In this document: positions 31,072 to 41,259 of the stretch, piece after piece
Numbering within the stretch: the stretch's first letter is position 1
Layout of the letters: the number at the start of each line of letters is the position of its first letter
Made by a program: the position numbers and the translations under genes
DNA from: an uncultured Bacilli bacterium
GTDB taxonomy: Bacteria > Bacillota_I > Bacilli_A > RF39 > UBA660
DNA: 47,165 bases
Direction: 5' to 3'
NCBI GenBank assembly: GCA_944359015.1
Contig: CALVSK010000003.1
Coordinates: 1-47,165, forward strand
Notes under the pieces: model-generated
The model's input: the letters and a program-made list of their open reading frames with translations, nothing else
What the model was told of the DNA's origin: nothing
The model's database searches: none

Positions 31072-31929
31072 TTAAATAGGATTTACATGAATAATTGTTA
31101 AATATATATCATCTAAACTAGTTATTTCTTTTTCTAATTTATTAGCTATTTCATGACTTTCATAAGTAGATAAATTTCCATCTAAAAAAATAGTTAAAGA
31201 GATTTGATATAAATATCCAACTGGTGTAACATTAAAGTGTTGAGTTTTCTTTATTTCAGGATGTTGTTTAATTATTTTCATAACTTCATTTTGTACGTTT
31301 TGACTTACTGCTTTATCCATCAACACATTATAACTTTCAACAAATATCTTAATACCAGTTATTAGGATAAATACTGAAATACCAGCCCCAATAATTGAAT
31401 CAAATAAAGGTATTTTTAAAAAATTTAATACACCTGATAATAATGTAAAAGAAGTTATAAGCATATCATTTCTATGGTCTTTTGCATTTGCTAATACCAA
31501 AATATTATGGCACTTTTTATAAACATATAAAGTATATAAATATAATAAAAATTTAGTTAATATAGTTACTATACATACTATAAAATACACAATATTAACT
31601 TTAAACTTACTTGGATAAAACAAAGATACTACCAAATCTTTTAAAATAGTTAATGCTAATAAAATAATTAAAAGACTTATTAATAAAGAATATACATACT
31701 CAGCTTTCCCATGGCCTAAATGATGGTCATCATCTGCTGGTTTACTAGCAATTTTATTACCTACAAATGTAAGAATTGATGAAATAATATCACTTGCACT
31801 ATTAAAAGTATCTGCTATCATTGCTTGACTATTTGTAATTATTCCTATAATACCTTTAATAATCATTAAAAATACATTTCCTAAAATTCCTAAAATACTT
31901 GCTCTATTTGTTAATTTATATCTATTCAT
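31072..31929 (-). CDS. Cation diffusion facilitator (FieF-like)
   Basis: SQAMIAD..NS.SD, KPAD..H..GHGKAE, HEIA, IHVNP; ATG 31929 after AAGGAG. Confidence 0.92.
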   Translation of the reverse strand: MNRYKLTNRASILGILGNVFLMIIKGIIGIITNSQAMIADTFNSASDIISSILTFVGNKIASKPADDDHHLGHGKAEYVYSLLISLLIILLALTILKDLVVSLFYPSKFKVNIVYFIVCIVTILTKFLLYLYTLYVYKKCHNILVLANAKDHRNDMLITSFTLLSGVLNFLKIPLFDSIIGAGISVFILITGIKIFVESYNVLMDKAVSQNVQNEVMKIIKQHPEIKKTQHFNVTPVGYLYQISLTIFLDGNLSTYESHEIANKLEKEITSLDDIYLTIIHVNPI

Positions 31930-31950
31930 TTTTCTCCTTATTCTCCATAT

Positions 31951-31974
31951 AAAAAGCAAATCATTTAGATTTGC
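31951..31974 (-). terminator. Terminator after the phosphorelay pair
   Basis: GCAAATC-N5-GATTTGC plus U-tract on the minus strand. Confidence 0.65.
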
Positions 31975-31986
31975 ATATAGATTATT

Positions 31987-32769
31987 TTATATATTATTAT
32001 TTAATGTTTTTTCAACAATTTTTTTAACATCTCTTTCATTAAATGGTTTCAATAATATATCAACTATTGGATATTTATATGCTTTTTCTATTGATTCTTT
32101 ATCATCTACTCCAGTAATTATAGAAACTGGATACTTTTTAAATAAATCGTTTGTTTTAAAATGATCTAATACTTCAAAGCCATTAACATTTGGCATGTTT
32201 AAATCTAATAATATTGCTTTGATATTATTATTTTTACTTTCATCATTTATTATATCCATTGCTTCTTTTCCATCATTAGCAACAACTACTAAAAAACTAT
32301 CTTTAAATATTTTCAATATAAAGTTTCTTATTAAATTTGAATCATCAACCACTAATATTGATTTATCATGAGAAACACTAGGCTTCTTATATTCTTCTTC
32401 ACTTACTATGCCTACACCCATATATTTTTTTACTAAATTTATTACTCTATTAGTTTCTTCCATTAATTCATCAAAATGTTCTGTTACAAAATATAAATTA
32501 TTTGCTTTACTTTCAAGTTCATGTTGGTAAGCAATTTCTCCTAAATTTTCAAAGCCAAAATATCTAGCATCACTTTTTAAAGAATGAACTAATATTGCAT
32601 AATTAGCCATATCTCCAACTTCTTTACAATTTTTAATTTTTTGTACTTTTTGAGGAACTTCATTCAAAAATACTTCAAGGGTTTGGTCATAAGTTTCCAT
32701 ATCACCAAATAATTCTAAGGCTTTTTTTACATTAGCACCATTTTCAATTAAAATATTTACATCTCTCAT
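31987..32769 (-). CDS. Hpt + receiver-domain phosphorelay protein
   Basis: YAILVHSLKSDAR.FG (Hpt His); ILVVDDS...LLDLNMP...LKPF (REC). Confidence 0.88.
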   Translation of the reverse strand: MRDVNILIENGANVKKALELFGDMETYDQTLEVFLNEVPQKVQKIKNCKEVGDMANYAILVHSLKSDARYFGFENLGEIAYQHELESKANNLYFVTEHFDELMEETNRVINLVKKYMGVGIVSEEEYKKPSVSHDKSILVVDDSNLIRNFILKIFKDSFLVVVANDGKEAMDIINDESKNNNIKAILLDLNMPNVNGFEVLDHFKTNDLFKKYPVSIITGVDDKESIEKAYKYPIVDILLKPFNERDVKKIVEKTLNNNI

Positions 32770-32781
32770 TTTCTTTTCTCC

Positions 32782-34596
32782 TTACTCACTATTTAAATAT
32801 TTATTTATAATTTTATTTAATTCATCTTTATCAATTGGTTTTGCTAAATAATCATCAAAACCTTCACTTAAGTATTTTTCTCTCATCCCTGTTAAAGCAT
32901 TTGCAGTTAAAGCAATTACCTTCATATTAAATTTATCATCTTTCTTTAATTTTTTCAAGGTTTCAGTTCCACTCATTTTAGGCATCATATCATCCATTAA
33001 AATTAAGTCATACTTATTTCCTTCCTTAATCTTATCGATACATTCAAAACCGCTTTTTACACAATCACAATTAATCTCATATTTTTCTAACAATTTTTCT
33101 GCTACTTTCAAATTAATTGCATTATCATCAACGATTAAAACTTTTTTATTTATTGCTTCTACTACTTGTTCTAAATTTCTTGTTTCATCTAATTTTATTG
33201 TAGGATTTTTTACTATTCTTTGATCTATACTAACAGTAAATTTAGAACCTTTACCGAATACACTTTGAACTACTATTTTTCCATTCATTAAATCTACTAA
33301 TTTCTTAGTTATTGCTAATCCTAATCCTGTTCCTTCAATAGTTATATTTTCTTCTAAATCAATTCTCTCAAATTTATTAAACAATTTATCAATATTTTCT
33401 TTTTTTATACCTATGCCAGTATCTTCTACTGAAATTATAAGTCTACAAACATTATTTTTAATTATTGAACTAATACTAAATTCAATTGAACCTTCTTTAG
33501 TATATTTAATAGCATTAGTTAATATATTTACACATATTTGTTTTATTCTTTGGACATCTCCATATAAAACTGGAGGAATAGATAAATCAATATTTGTTTT
33601 AAACTCGATTGGTTTTTCACCTAATCTTCCTTTACTTAAAACTATTAATTCATTTACTAATTTTGAAAATTCGTACTCAGTATTTACTATTTCTAATTTA
33701 TTTGCTTCTATTTTTGATATATCCAATATTCCATTTACAATTTCTAACAAATTATCGGATGCCAAAACTATATCTTTTACATTTTCTTTTGCTTTTATAT
33801 CTAAGTTTTTATCTTCCAATAACAGATTACTAAAACCTACTATAGCATTTAATGGTGTCCTTATTTCATGAGACATATTTGACAAAAATTCAGTTTTTGC
33901 TTCATTAGCTTTTTCAGCAGTATCACGTGCTATATTTAATTGTTCTATCATTTTTATATCAGGATTTTCAATAGTAAAATACATTAATATTGTAGCAAAT
34001 GCCGAAGAAAAAGAATTTAATAAGAGACCTGGTATAATAATCCTTGCAATTAACATTAATACAAAACACATTATATATGAAATAAATGGAATTATTTTTT
34101 TACCAAGCTTTTTTTTATTTTTCAAAATTATAAATAACCAAAGTAATGAATAAATAACACATACACCATATAAAACATAAGTTGGCAACCCAGTTGAATA
34201 TGCAACACCATTTTCATTTACTAATTCTAAGGGAAGAAATGTCAACAAAATTATCATTATAAAATAGTAAATAATAAACATCACATAATTACGTTTAGTG
34301 GCTTTTAAAAAATTAGATACACTTACTATATAAATGGTAAATAAAGAAAACCAAGTAAATAAGACTACTAAAAAAAATTTATTTATAAGCAAATTATAAA
34401 ACGATAATAATCCTATTTTTAATAAAATATTAGTGCATAACATAAATTCAGTAACTAAATTAATTAAAGAAAAAACAAGAATATAATTATATAACTTTGT
34501 TTCAATTGTATTAACATGTTTTTTGGCAAAATAATTTATAGATATCATCACTGTAAATATAAGTGTGCATATAATGAATGACATACCTATAATCAT
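32782..34596 (-). CDS. Hybrid membrane sensor histidine kinase (multi-TM + HisKA + HATPase + REC)
   Basis: [31 protein letters not shown]; REC VDDN...MDDMMP...KP; ATG 34596 after AAGGTG. Confidence 0.93.
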   Translation of the reverse strand: MIIGMSFIICTLIFTVMISINYFAKKHVNTIETKLYNYILVFSLINLVTEFMLCTNILLKIGLLSFYNLLINKFFLVVLFTWFSLFTIYIVSVSNFLKATKRNYVMFIIYYFIMIILLTFLPLELVNENGVAYSTGLPTYVLYGVCVIYSLLWLFIILKNKKKLGKKIIPFISYIMCFVLMLIARIIIPGLLLNSFSSAFATILMYFTIENPDIKMIEQLNIARDTAEKANEAKTEFLSNMSHEIRTPLNAIVGFSNLLLEDKNLDIKAKENVKDIVLASDNLLEIVNGILDISKIEANKLEIVNTEYEFSKLVNELIVLSKGRLGEKPIEFKTNIDLSIPPVLYGDVQRIKQICVNILTNAIKYTKEGSIEFSISSIIKNNVCRLIISVEDTGIGIKKENIDKLFNKFERIDLEENITIEGTGLGLAITKKLVDLMNGKIVVQSVFGKGSKFTVSIDQRIVKNPTIKLDETRNLEQVVEAINKKVLIVDDNAINLKVAEKLLEKYEINCDCVKSGFECIDKIKEGNKYDLILMDDMMPKMSGTETLKKLKKDDKFNMKVIALTANALTGMREKYLSEGFDDYLAKPIDKDELNKIINKYLNSE

Positions 34597-34664
34597 TTTA
34601 TCACCTTCTATTATAAGAATAGCATATAACAGATTAATTGTAAATAAATCAAATAAAAAAACCA

Positions 34665-36500
34665 TTAATTGGTTTTTCTAATCCTTTTTAAAACTGTTCC
34701 ATTTTCTCTTACAAAGTCTACTTTATTTATATCTTCAGAACTTGCTAAATAATAATCAGTTAAATCCTCTTCCATTGCTTCTCTATCACATTTTCCACTT
34801 GTTGCATTTATACCAAATACATCATAATATTTAATAGCATCAACCTCGTTTGCTAATTCATAAATTTTTCTAATAACTTCTTCCTTTTGTTCTTTTGCAT
34901 ATTCTTTTAAAACTATATGGACTGTAATGTAATCATTTCCATTGTTAGGTATTGATAGAACCTCACATTCTTGAACTTCTGGAAGTGCATTTATTTGTTC
35001 CTTTAAATTAAATAAATAATAAACTTTACCATCTTTTACAGCAGAGTCTTTTGCTCGACCTAAAACCATTATTGATAATGTTTTATCTGGTAATTCTATT
35101 AATGTTGCAATATCTTTTGCTCTTGCCCATCTTATTCCTTCACTATCTACGATAGATTCATCACTTTTACCTTCCTTATTATAATCATCTAAATAACTAT
35201 GATTTATTGGTTGTACAGGACTACTTACTAATATTTCTCCTTGTACTCCTGGAGTTTGTGGAATATCTTTTAAAGTTCCAGCTTCTACTATCTTAGCTTT
35301 TATTCCCGGTAATGGGACACCATTAGTATTAATTCTTCCTTCTAAATTATAAGGAGTTATAGTTAATGAACCCTCTTCGCTACGCCCATAACCTAAATAT
35401 AAAAATGGATTTGGACTACCAGCAAAAGCTAATGTATCATTTATTTCTTTACATACAGATAACGGTATACCCTCTCCCCCACTATAAGCATTTTTAAATA
35501 GTTCAAAATCTCCTGGTTTTAACCTGCCATCTGATTTATCTTGAATAAGTTGAGCATAAAAAGGCTTAGCTTGTACAGCGTGGTTAATTTCATATTGTTT
35601 AATATCTTGTGAAAACAATTTTTTATCATACCTTGGTTCAAGTACTAAAGTTTTTCCCTGAGCCATCTGAAAAACCATTGAATAAAATAGTCCTGTCGGA
35701 TGTTGCAATGGGATAGTTACCAACGTCCTATCTTTTCTGTTTTCATCTCTTTTTATTGTGTCATGTGCTGCTACTAAAAATAGTGGTGCTAAATCAGAAT
35801 GCCCCATACATTTTGGTCTACCTGTTGTCCCGCTAGTATAATTTAGTGTTGATATTCTTTCTTCATTATAACCTACTGGTGTTATTTTTTCGTTTTCTTT
35901 AGCATTTTTCAAAAATTCATCAAATGATATAATTTCTGTATTTATTAATCCTGCAGGCTTAATAAATTTATCACTATCTTTATGGTGAGTATATGTTGCA
36001 TCACCTGAAACTATTAGCGTTTTTAAATTCGTATCATTAAAAGCATTATGAGCAAATAATATTTTCAAATAGTTTTCATCACATATTAATGTATTAGAAT
36101 TTCTTTTTGATACATATGGTTCAATACCTTCATTAAGCAAAAACATAACATTTAAGGCATTTACTGTTATTCCAAGCGTTGTAAGTGCATAATAGGCACA
36201 TATAAATTCAAAGCCTACTGGCAGGCAAAGACTTACTACATCGTGTTCTTTTAATCCCATATTTTTAAAAGCACTAATATATTTTTCCACTTCCTTAAAA
36301 AACTCTAAATAAGTCATTTTAGAATCACTACCTACAATTTCTAAAGCAGTAGTTTCTAAATTATCCAAGTTCCTTAAAACTATATCTTCAAAAATAGTAA
36401 GTTTGTGGACATCAACCCCATTTTTATTCACAATTGGAACTTCTGTTCCATTTTTTGTTTTATTTACGACTTCATCGTAAACTTGTGAAAAATTTGCCAT
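34665..36500 (-). CDS. Adenylate-forming (ANL superfamily) acyl-CoA ligase-like enzyme
   Basis: [25 protein letters not shown]-terminal lysine. Confidence 0.85.
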   Translation of the reverse strand: MANFSQVYDEVVNKTKNGTEVPIVNKNGVDVHKLTIFEDIVLRNLDNLETTALEIVGSDSKMTYLEFFKEVEKYISAFKNMGLKEHDVVSLCLPVGFEFICAYYALTTLGITVNALNVMFLLNEGIEPYVSKRNSNTLICDENYLKILFAHNAFNDTNLKTLIVSGDATYTHHKDSDKFIKPAGLINTEIISFDEFLKNAKENEKITPVGYNEERISTLNYTSGTTGRPKCMGHSDLAPLFLVAAHDTIKRDENRKDRTLVTIPLQHPTGLFYSMVFQMAQGKTLVLEPRYDKKLFSQDIKQYEINHAVQAKPFYAQLIQDKSDGRLKPGDFELFKNAYSGGEGIPLSVCKEINDTLAFAGSPNPFLYLGYGRSEEGSLTITPYNLEGRINTNGVPLPGIKAKIVEAGTLKDIPQTPGVQGEILVSSPVQPINHSYLDDYNKEGKSDESIVDSEGIRWARAKDIATLIELPDKTLSIMVLGRAKDSAVKDGKVYYLFNLKEQINALPEVQECEVLSIPNNGNDYITVHIVLKEYAKEQKEEVIRKIYELANEVDAIKYYDVFGINATSGKCDREAMEEDLTDYYLASSEDINKVDFVRENGTVLKRIRKTN

Positions 36501-36539
36501 TTAATCCTCCCTATTTTTAGACTCATTGTCTACATTTTT

Positions 36540-36568
36540 ATTATATAGAGCATTTTTAAGGTTGTCAA
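36540..36568 (-). promoter_or_regulatory. Consensus sigma-A promoter of the ANL gene
   Basis: TTGACA-17 nt-TATAAT. Confidence 0.85.
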
Positions 36569-36586
36569 ATAAAAAAGTACTAAATT

Positions 36587-38368
36587 TTATTTTTCTAGTA
36601 CTCCTTTAATTCTTCTTACTCCAGCTGCTGATGATTCTTCTTTAACAATTTTAAACTTACCGAGTTCATTAGTATTTTTTACATGTGGTCCTCCGCATAT
36701 TTCTTTTGAATAATCGCCAATAGAATATACTTTTACAATACTACCATATTTATCTTCAAATGTCCCATGGGCATTATTCTTTTTGGCATCTTCATAAGAC
36801 ATTTCTTCCATTACAACTGGAATATTTTTTTCTATTACTGCATTTACCATATTAGTTAATTCAAGTTTTTCTTCCTCACTCATTTTATGGTCCAAATTAA
36901 AATCAAATCTAATTCTTTCTGGAGTTATATTACAACCCTTTTGAATTATATTTTCCCCATACATTTTTTGTAAACTTGCCAATAATATATGAGCAAGTGT
37001 ATGATATTTTGTAGATTCTATTGAATTATCTGCTAAACCGCCTTTGAACGAACCAGCATCAATAGTACGTGATTTTTCTTGATGTTCCTTAAATTTTTCT
37101 TCAAAACCTTTAACATCAACTATCAAATTATTTTCTTTAGCAAGTTCTTCAGTCATTTCTAGAGGAAAACCAAAAGTATCAAACAATTTAAAAGCATCTT
37201 CACCACTTATTACATTACTATCTAAATGTTTAATGACTTTATAAAATAACTTTTCACCATCTTTTATTGTTTTACCAAATTTAATTCCTTCTTTTTCTAA
37301 TTCAGTTTTTATAAAGTCTTGATTTTTTTCAAGTTCATGATAAACATTTTTATAATCGTTAATTATTACATTTGCTAAATCAACTAAATTATTTTCAGAC
37401 AACCCAATTTTTCTTAAATGTCTAATTGCTCTTCTTATTAATCTTCTTAAAACATATCCCGCTCCAATATTTGAAGGTACAATTTGATGGTCATCTCCCA
37501 AAATAAATGTTGAAGTTCTCATATGATCCATAATTATTCTAAAACTTTTTTTATTATCTATATATTTTAAACCACTTAATTCTTCTAATTTATTTTTTAA
37601 ATTACAAAATATATCTGTATCATAAACGGATTCATAGCCATTTAAAACTGTAATAGTTCTTTCAAGTCCCATACCAGTATCAACGTTTTGTTGTTTCAAT
37701 TTAGTTAAATTACCTGCTTCATCACAATAATATTCCATAAAAACATCATTCCAAATTTCTAAATATTTACCACAATCACATGCAGGATTACATTCTTCAC
37801 AACACTTTTCTTTACCAGTATCATAAAACATTTCTGTATCAGGACCACATGGACCAATCCCACTACCTAAAATCCAAAAATTATTTTTCTTTGGCAAATA
37901 AAACAAATGGCTTTCATCTACTCCTAAACTTTGCCATATTTTATATGATTCTTCATCCTTTGGAGCAGTTTCATCGCCACCAAAGCAGGTAAAATACAAT
38001 TTTTCTTTAGGAATATTTAAGTACTCTGGACTTGTTAAAAATTCATAACTCAAATTGATTGCTTCTTCTTTAAAATAATCTCCCAAAGACCAATTACCTA
38101 ACATTTCAAAAAAAGTTAAATGTGATGCATCACCCACTTCATCAATATCACTAGTCCTAATACATTTTTGAACATCACATAATCTTTTTCCTTCTGGATG
38201 TTTTTCTCCTAATAAATAAGGTACTAAAGGATGCATACCTGCAGTAGTAAATAACACTGTTGGGTCATTTTCAGGAACTATTGATGCTGATGGAATCAAA
38301 GCATGATTATGTTTTTTAAAAAAATCAAAATAAAATTCCCTTAATTCTTTACTAGTTAACTGTTTCAT
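36587..38368 (-). CDS. alaS: Alanine--tRNA ligase, short form without C-Ala domain (593 aa)
   Basis: DPTVLFTTAGM, HLTFFEMLGNWS, VDTGMGLER, editing HTLAH/CGGPH, ends at AGVRRI. Confidence 0.95.
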   Translation of the reverse strand: MKQLTSKELREFYFDFFKKHNHALIPSASIVPENDPTVLFTTAGMHPLVPYLLGEKHPEGKRLCDVQKCIRTSDIDEVGDASHLTFFEMLGNWSLGDYFKEEAINLSYEFLTSPEYLNIPKEKLYFTCFGGDETAPKDEESYKIWQSLGVDESHLFYLPKKNNFWILGSGIGPCGPDTEMFYDTGKEKCCEECNPACDCGKYLEIWNDVFMEYYCDEAGNLTKLKQQNVDTGMGLERTITVLNGYESVYDTDIFCNLKNKLEELSGLKYIDNKKSFRIIMDHMRTSTFILGDDHQIVPSNIGAGYVLRRLIRRAIRHLRKIGLSENNLVDLANVIINDYKNVYHELEKNQDFIKTELEKEGIKFGKTIKDGEKLFYKVIKHLDSNVISGEDAFKLFDTFGFPLEMTEELAKENNLIVDVKGFEEKFKEHQEKSRTIDAGSFKGGLADNSIESTKYHTLAHILLASLQKMYGENIIQKGCNITPERIRFDFNLDHKMSEEEKLELTNMVNAVIEKNIPVVMEEMSYEDAKKNNAHGTFEDKYGSIVKVYSIGDYSKEICGGPHVKNTNELGKFKIVKEESSAAGVRRIKGVLEK

Positions 38369-38894
38369 TTTCTACCATCTCCAAATACTTAAATACTTTA
38401 TCTTTTAATACTTGCAAATTATCATTTGCAAAAGTATAGTCAAATTCGTTATAATTTTCTAACGCAGTTTCTGTTATATGGGCTTGTTGTTTTATAGTTA
38501 ATTTACTTTGAGCAAATTGATTTACTACCAACAAACTATAAACTTCATCATAGTTTTCTTTTAATTTTTCAAACTCTTCTGGCATTCTAGCATCCGCTAT
38601 TATTAAAACATCTACTCCCGCAATTTCATAAATGTTTATATCTTCAATCATTCTTTTAGTAAAAAAATATTTATCATATTCTCTAATTTTACTACCAAAC
38701 TCTTGCAAGAAATCTCTTGGTTTATTTTGACTTATGCCATCCCAATCAGTTAATTCTTTAGCAAATAATTTTAAATACTTACTATATTCTGTTACCACAC
38801 ATTTTTTTAATTTATAAATATAAAATTCTTCAATCATTTTGGCTACTTCGCCTTTACCACTACCACTTTTTCCACCAACTATAAATATTTTCAT
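38352..38894 (-). CDS. P-loop kinase, dNMP-kinase/phosphomevalonate-kinase-like
   Basis: GKSGSGKG, R..LQ.FG...R, IIADAR...E, H.TET.L..Y..FD...N. Confidence 0.7.
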   Translation of the reverse strand: MKIFIVGGKSGSGKGEVAKMIEEFYIYKLKKCVVTEYSKYLKLFAKELTDWDGISQNKPRDFLQEFGSKIREYDKYFFTKRMIEDINIYEIAGVDVLIIADARMPEEFEKLKENYDEVYSLLVVNQFAQSKLTIKQQAHITETALENYNEFDYTFANDNLQVLKDKVFKYLEMVENETVN

Positions 38895-38904
38895 TTCTTC
38901 CTCC

Positions 38905-39095
38905 TAAAAAATAAAAAGAATGCTACCAAGGAGTGCATTTGCACGGTACCATCCTTTTTTTATCTTTTTTATCTTAACGCGATTAACGATTAATCTAGAA
39001 AAGTAGCATTAATTATTATTCTTATTAGTTTCCACCAACCACTAATTCTCTATTAAGTATTCATAATCAAATTCTTTTCTTAAAACAATTACAAA
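38905..39095 (-). ncRNA. T-box riboswitch (Ala), stem II apparently absent
   Basis: AGAGA/GGTTGGTGGAA apex, specifier GCT at 39005-39007 followed by A, CGTTAATCGCGTTAA IIA/B, T-box GGATGGTACCGTG. Confidence 0.9.
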
Positions 39096-39116
39096 TCTAA
39101 TATACCATAATATTTT

Positions 39117-40268
39117 TTATTCTTCAACCAATTGTTGTCTATAATCTTTATAATTTTTAGCTTTTTTGACACCAAATTGCCATATAACTTTAAATATCGA
39201 CATTATTGGTGTTGCTAAAATCATTCCAATAATTCCAAAGAAATGACCAAATATCAATAACCCACAAATTATTGTAACTGGATGAAGTTTTGTTGCTCTA
39301 CTCATAACCACTGGTTGTAATATATAACTTTCTACAAGTTGTACGATTATTGCAATAATTAACACCCCAATACCAATTAATGGACTTTGTGTTAAACCAA
39401 CTACTGTTGCTATAGCAGTACCTATATATGGACCTATATAAGGAATTAAATCTGTTATTCCACAAAATAAACCAAATAGTAATGCCGACTTCAAACCGAT
39501 AATTGAAAAACCTACAGTATCACAAACAAATACCATACAAGCAACTAACAAAGTACCATTAACACATTTTCTAACTTCTTTTCCTATATCATCTAATAAG
39601 TTTCCTATTTCCATTTGATTTTTTTTAGGTATTAATTTTAAAAATAAAGTTGTAACATTATTAAAATCAAATAGCATATATAAGCCTATAATTAAGCCAA
39701 AGAAAATACTACCTAAACCACTAAACAACTTACTTATTAAATCCATTGCTGTAGTTGGCATATTCGATGTAATATTATTACCATAATCAGTTATAGCTGT
39801 TAATATACTATTTTTTATTCCATTTACATCAATTCCTTCAACATCAATTTTAGAAAAAATCTTATTAACAAAATCTGTTAAATCACTCATTATCCCCGGA
39901 ATCGTTTTAATTAATTCATTAAACTCATTATATATTACTGGAATAAATATTCTAAAAAATAATACTAAAAACAAAATAAATATTATATAAACTATAATTG
40001 AGGCTAATATCCTTGGTAAACCTTTTTTAGTTAATCTATCAACTAATGGAGCAAATAACCATGCAACCACAAAACCTATAAACAAAGGAGATAAAACATT
40101 TAAAATTCTACCTAAAATTTTAAATATACCTACTTCTCTTAATAATACAACTGCAATTAAAATAATACTTACTATTAATGCTATAAATAATACTTTTAAA
40201 ATATTTTTACCTAAATATATTACTTCATTTAATCCATCTATATCTAACTTATTTTTATTTCTAAACAT
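39117..40268 (-). CDS. AI-2E family transporter
   Basis: PLFIGFVVAWLF.P.V, LIPYIGP, LQP.VM....LHP, FGIIGMILATP. Confidence 0.92.
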   Translation of the reverse strand: MFRNKNKLDIDGLNEVIYLGKNILKVLFIALIVSIILIAVVLLREVGIFKILGRILNVLSPLFIGFVVAWLFAPLVDRLTKKGLPRILASIIVYIIFILFLVLFFRIFIPVIYNEFNELIKTIPGIMSDLTDFVNKIFSKIDVEGIDVNGIKNSILTAITDYGNNITSNMPTTAMDLISKLFSGLGSIFFGLIIGLYMLFDFNNVTTLFLKLIPKKNQMEIGNLLDDIGKEVRKCVNGTLLVACMVFVCDTVGFSIIGLKSALLFGLFCGITDLIPYIGPYIGTAIATVVGLTQSPLIGIGVLIIAIIVQLVESYILQPVVMSRATKLHPVTIICGLLIFGHFFGIIGMILATPIMSIFKVIWQFGVKKAKNYKDYRQQLVEE

Positions 40269-40347
40269 TTAACCACCTTCATTTAATATTATAATACATT
40301 TTAATTTTTTTTAATTATTTTTTTCATTTTTTGACAAAAAAAGCAAC

Positions 40348-40908
40348 TTATGCTGCTTTTTCTCTATCTCTAATTAATTCTTTTTCTTTATTTTCATTTC
40401 TTTTTTCTTCATCTATTTCTATTATATAAATAATCAATCTTCTTTGAATTAAGTATGGCAAAGAAAATATAGTTTCCATTATTTTATTTATATCTTTATT
40501 CCGTAACAAATTACTAAAATTCTTTTGTTCATCTATATCTTTAACCATTGACCTAAACTTATTTGATATTTTATTTAAAGTTATTTTATCACTTATATAT
40601 TCTCTTAAAAATACATCTAATCTAAATCCATTATATAAATCTTTAGTTAATACAGGTAATGGATTATGTTTTTGATTATCTTGGATTACTAATTTACCAT
40701 TAAGATATTTAACATCTGCTAAATTGGCATTCTTTATTGCCATTATTATTTCCTCTTCAGTAAAATACATTGTAAATGTATCTATTTCCATTATTGAATT
40801 TGGATTAAAACCATTTGCAATTTCTAATTTGCTAATATCTATAAATATAAAATCACCAGGTCTAGCCATTAATGCCAAAAAATGTCTTTGTTCTTCAATC
40901 TTTTTCAT
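40348..40908 (-). CDS. Hypothetical protein
   Basis: GGGGAG RBS; TTGACA-17 nt-TACAAT promoter upstream. Confidence 0.7.
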   Translation of the reverse strand: MKKIEEQRHFLALMARPGDFIFIDISKLEIANGFNPNSIMEIDTFTMYFTEEEIIMAIKNANLADVKYLNGKLVIQDNQKHNPLPVLTKDLYNGFRLDVFLREYISDKITLNKISNKFRSMVKDIDEQKNFSNLLRNKDINKIMETIFSLPYLIQRRLIIYIIEIDEEKRNENKEKELIRDREKAA

Positions 40909-40969
40909 AACACTCTCCCCTTAATGAAGAGTGTATTGTAACATATTTTTATTTATTTTGTCAACTTAT

Positions 40970-41212
40970 CTAAAACATTTTTTCTACATTCTTCGGTACT
41001 TTATCAGATACTATTTTATCAATAATTTTATCACTTTGTTCTTTACTTACTTTTTTACCAGTTATTTTACTTAATGTATCTATTACTTCTCTTAAAGTAT
41101 TTTCATCTTTCATATTTCCATTTTGTAATTTTTGAGCTAAAGAAATTATAGTATCTTTATCTACCTTAGTTTTTTTCTCAACTTTTTTAAAAAAATCATC
41201 CCCAAATTTCAT
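40970..41212 (-). CDS. spoVIF: Stage VI sporulation protein F-like
   Basis: FFKKVEKKT.V....I..LA..LQ..N..DE..LR.VI..LS...GK.VSKE..DKI; ATG 41212 after GAGGTG; CATATATT at 41228-41235. Confidence 0.85.
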   Translation of the reverse strand: MKFGDDFFKKVEKKTKVDKDTIISLAQKLQNGNMKDENTLREVIDTLSKITGKKVSKEQSDKIIDKIVSDKVPKNVEKMF

Positions 41213-41259
41213 AAACACCTCTAAAATAATATATGCATTATTTTGCATAGGTTGTTTAT

